Shown piece after piece: positions 60,301-64,000 of a DNA stretch of 64,000 bases. Position 1 is the first letter of the stretch, and every line of letters begins with the position of its first letter. A program made the position numbers and the translations under genes. This stretch comes from Gracilinanus agilis (taxonomy: Eukaryota): the NCBI RefSeq assembly GCF_016433145.1, contig NC_058131.1, forward strand, positions 462,691,590 to 462,755,589, in the 5' to 3' direction. The notes under the pieces are model-generated. The model ran no database searches and was not told the origin of the DNA. It was given only the letters and a program-made list of their open reading frames with translations.

Positions 60301-61034
60301 TAAAGATCAATCAAAAGAACTGGGGATGGAACAGGTAGGTAGCACAGTGGATAAAGCACCAGGCTTGGAGTCAGGATGATTTGAATTCAAATTTGGCCCC
60401 AGACACTTCCTAGCTGTGTGACCCTGGGCCAGTCACTTAACCTTAATTGCAGAGCCCTTACCATTCTTCTCTCTTAAAATTGATACTGAGAGAAGGTAAG
60501 GATTTTTTTTTTAAACTAAAACATTTTTTTAAAAGAACTGGGATGTTGAGCTTGAAGAAGAAATTCATTGGATCATTAAAAATTTTAAAGGCTATTGTGT
60601 GGAAGAGTAATTAAATTTGTTCTAAAAGTTCCCAGAGGGCAGAAGTAGGACCAATACTTAGAAGTTGCAGGGTCATATTTTTCCTTGTTGTCAAGAATTT
60701 TTTTCTAACAATCATAGACTGTCCAAAAGTGGAACAGACTATATTGGTGTCATTTTATTGGCAGTCTTCTAGCAGAGGCTGGATAGCCATGGATCAATTA
60801 TGTAACTGCAATTCTTGGTCAGTATATGTTGGACTAGATGGTCTCTGAGAATATCTTCCAAATTTTAGATATTAGTATGAGAATTATTCAACTCCCAATT
60901 CTATGTCTGAGGTAATTCTACTGAAGTCCTTCTGAGTTTCACTGGAGTTTTAGAAACATAATTATTCTATTGTATATTTCTATGTTTAGTTTTTTACATC
61001 ACAGTGTGCATGTACATCATAGATTTAGCCAGAG

Positions 61035-61226
61035 CAGAGGTTCTTAACCTAGGTCCAATGAAGTTTTTTAAAACATATTTTAATGATTATATTTCCAACA
61101 TAATTTATTTTGATTTTTTTTTTGTATTTTATGCAATTAAAAACATTATTCTGAGGAATGCTTTACAAGTTTTTCACCAGACTGCCAAGGAGGTCACATG
61201 ACACAAAGAGAGGTTAGGGACCCCTG
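61035..61226. mobile_element. hAT (Charlie-like) MITE
   Basis: TIRs cagaggttcttaacct and aggttagggacccctg; degenerate TSD agccagag / aattagag. Confidence 0.7.
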
Positions 61227-62254
61227 AATTAGAGAGATACTGTCTATTTTTTTATGCATGTATCAAAATAATCTATAAGAGCAGTAAAAGGTCTAACCAC
61301 ACTTTATAGATGAGGAAAGGAGGTTGAGGAAGGTTAGGGGATAACTATGAAGTCTTGCCCCTCTTCCTCATCTCCATAATCTCCCATGTAGTTTGAGAGC
61401 TTCATTTTTAACATGGGTCTATTTTGTGTCCCCATGCTAAGTGTCTGAGGCAGAATGTAAACTCAAGTCTTTTTGACTCTAAGGGATATGCTCTACCCAC
61501 TTGGAAACACTGCCTCTAGTGTAGTCAACCAGCATTGGTGCTTATTTTGTGCCAGGCACAGTAGGGAATAATTCACTGTTTAAACTGTGTGGTTCTGGCT
61601 ATATATGTTCAAGAGAAATGAACTCTGCCCAGAATTAAATGAGAGAATGGTTTGGAACTTATTTAGAAAATTGTACAGTACTTTTCATGACTTTAAGCTT
61701 GTTCCTGCCACCAAAATCCATTTTTTGGAAGTACAATATTTTCCTGGTGATACTCTATGTCTGCAAATAACATCATGACCCTCCAAAAGTATTCATTAGT
61801 TGGCCCAAAGGACCTGCAAAGTAAGTATAAGAGTGCAGCAGATCACAATGATAACTTAAAAACAAAAAAAGCATAAAAGACTTTATCAAGGGCATAAATG
61901 AATGGAAAGGAAAGTGGAGTGGTTTTTTTGCATCAGGTAGATTCTTTACACAAGATTTGCAGAAGGATATGAACAAGACTAGTAGAGAATGAGAAGATGG
62001 GAAATGTTGTTGTGATGTTCAAGAGTAGAAGGGATACCCACACTGATAAGTGGGTGAGCACTGATTTCCATCTCTGGTCTGGCTATTTGATTAGAGAAAC
62101 TGTATAAGGCTCTGAGTTTGGATATTCCTTAATCATAAGAATTCATTTGTAAGAAAGTCATCTGGGTCTGAGAAACAATGTCAGATCTTTTAACATATAG
62201 AGAAACATGCATATATATATATATATATATATTCATGTATGTGTATAAACATAT

Positions 62255-62530
62255 CCACATATATCCTGGACACTGCAACTGCACAAAGAGCTGGGCCCAG
62301 GGTTAAACAGGAAGTGGAGAGTAGTCTAGGTTGATTGTGGGAAAGTGGGCGATGCTTTTAATATTTCTTCCTGAAACAAAGATCTTTTTTTTAAAAAAGC
62401 AATATTCTTCTGGGAATGCTAAGTCATGGAATACAAAAGTTTCAGAAGAATTATTGGTGACCCAGAAGGGAATGGAAGGGCACATGGTGGACAGGTACAG
62501 GCAGCTGAGGATGTCATTAGAAAATGAGAT
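62255..62530 (+). mobile_element. RTE LINE fragment, interrupted at its 3' side by a SINE (62550-62760, 32-nt poly-A)
   Basis: gagctgggcccagggttaaacagg and gtgacccagaagggaatggaagggcacatggtgg are RTE-like, homologous in style to 41050-41340. Confidence 0.6.
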
Positions 62531-62725
62531 GACTCAGGAGGAAGTGGGGAGAGGGCAGCTGGGTGGCTCAGTGGATTGAGAGCCAGATCCAGAGATGGGA
62601 GGTTCTAGGTTCAAATCTGGCCTCAGACACTTCCTAGCTGGCCCTGGGCAAGTCACTTGACCCCCACTGCCTAGCCCTGACCACTCTTCTGCCTTATTGA
62701 TTCTAAGACAGAAGGTAAGGGTTTT

Positions 62726-62763
<38 letters not shown>

Positions 62764-64000
62764 ATGACTGGAAAGGCTGACCATGTACTAAGAGGCTGGT
62801 ATCACTGATGATCTACTTTTATCTAGGTAATGTCAAGAGTCAGGAAGAAAAGCCCACAGCCTCTCTGGTGGCCCATGAGTATCCCTTGGAGTATTTGTGG
62901 AAGGATGGGGGCAGCCAGAGATGGGTTTGAATCTGTGTTATGAATCTCATAGAGAAAGGGTCAAGGATCCAACAAGTAAAGATGAAGATTCAGCTCAGTG
63001 GTGTAGCAGAGCACTGTACTTGGAGTCAGAAAAACTCAAGTTCAAATTCAGTTATCAGATACGAGCTCTGTGACACTGGATGAGCCACTTTGCCTGAGTT
63101 TCCTAACATGTAAAAATGACGATATTACCACTCCCCTTCCCAGGGTCGTAATGTTTGGTAAATTACTTTGCAATCCTTAAGACACTATATAAAAGTTGGC
63201 TATTTAGAGTAGTTATACTTCAGGGTGAATATTCATTCCAAAAAATGCTAAATGTCCTCTCTGCCTCAGTAGAAAACCTTCATGAGTTTTTGTAACTGAA
63301 AAGATCATTGTCAAATTCAGAACACATCAGAGTTACCTTAAAGCACTTTGCTATCTTATTAGATCATGGAGATCAGGCTCTCCCAGCTACTGAGGCCTAC
63401 CAACTCGACAAGACCGACCAGAACTTCTGCTTTACTGACATGGCCATCGAGAAAGAAGGGTCGGCTCTGGGTCACTCGCTCAGGCACTGGAGTAGGAGTT
63501 TTGTGAAGAATTAATGGTAGCAGTAGCGTTAATATTACAGCGTCTTGTTTACCCAGTATCTTTTTAATGCCAAATTTTAACCACTTTGGTTATATTCTCC
63601 CCTACCTTCCTAAGAGGATACACTGAATGATGTCATGGGAGTTGTTTTTACTTTTTACATTCTTTTTAGCCTTTCCTTCTTTTTCAGGTTCTGATCATAT
63701 CACATAACAATCTATCAATGTATCTATCTTAATTTGCTTCTATTCTGTTGGTAGAATGGATGGGGGGGGGGGGTAAATTTATTATATCTATCTAAATCAG
63801 AGTAAAAACAATTCTTTTAGAGATTCTGATAGGGCCCTCTAGTTGTTTTCAAGTGCTTTGAACTTTGTGATGCATTCTGGATGCAAGACTTACATATATT
63901 TATTTCTTTTTAGTAGATGAGGAAACTGAGATTAAGGTAAAGGTAAATGGTTTTTCCAGAGTTACAGTTCATGGCTGGTAAAGTTTTAACTTGAATTCTT

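Noticed and set aside
1-64000. tRNA-like A/B boxes and regularly recurring ~190-bp units
   Set aside because: These are SINE heads and dispersed SINE copies with TSDs and poly-A tails, not tRNA genes or a CRISPR-like array; there is no repeat-spacer periodicity.

Overview
Vertebrate genomic DNA, almost certainly marsupial. The young tRNA-derived SINE-1-type copies, MAR1/RTE-related SINEs and CpG-poor, AT-rich background point to the opossum Monodelphis domestica (inference). Three genes lie on the minus strand in the same order as human 14q23.3: ZBTB1 (single coding exon, 50874-53018), the intronless germ-cell HSP70 gene HSPA2 (28723-30630), and the 5' half of the multi-exon PP1 regulatory gene PPP1R36. 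I reconstructed five internal PPP1R36 exons by hand (65, 87, 98, 67 and 99 nt). All have GT-AG ends and join in one reading frame; only one of them is recognisable in the ORF track. The rest of the window is mostly old L2, CR1/L3, RTE and L1 fragments, MIR/MAR1 and SINE-1 copies, several non-autonomous hAT elements and a decayed 7SL retrocopy. I found no CRISPR array, tRNA or rRNA gene, and no convincing new multi-gene system. The best leads are: (i) an all-phase-0 chain of candidate first exons for PPP1R36 using a consensus GC-AG intron, which would add an acidic/poly-Ala N-terminal extension; (ii) an HSPA2 promoter with octamer, G4, GC, CCAAT and TATA elements plus a distal CArG/HSE module; (iii) a near-identical inverted SINE pair in a PPP1R36 intron; (iv) a perfect 15-bp hairpin that buries an AATAAA in the ZBTB1 5' intron; (v) a strong splice donor inside the ZBTB1 CDS; (vi) an unexplained CpG-rich patch near 63.4 kb. 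Comparisons with human and rodent sequences are from memory and need confirming by alignment.
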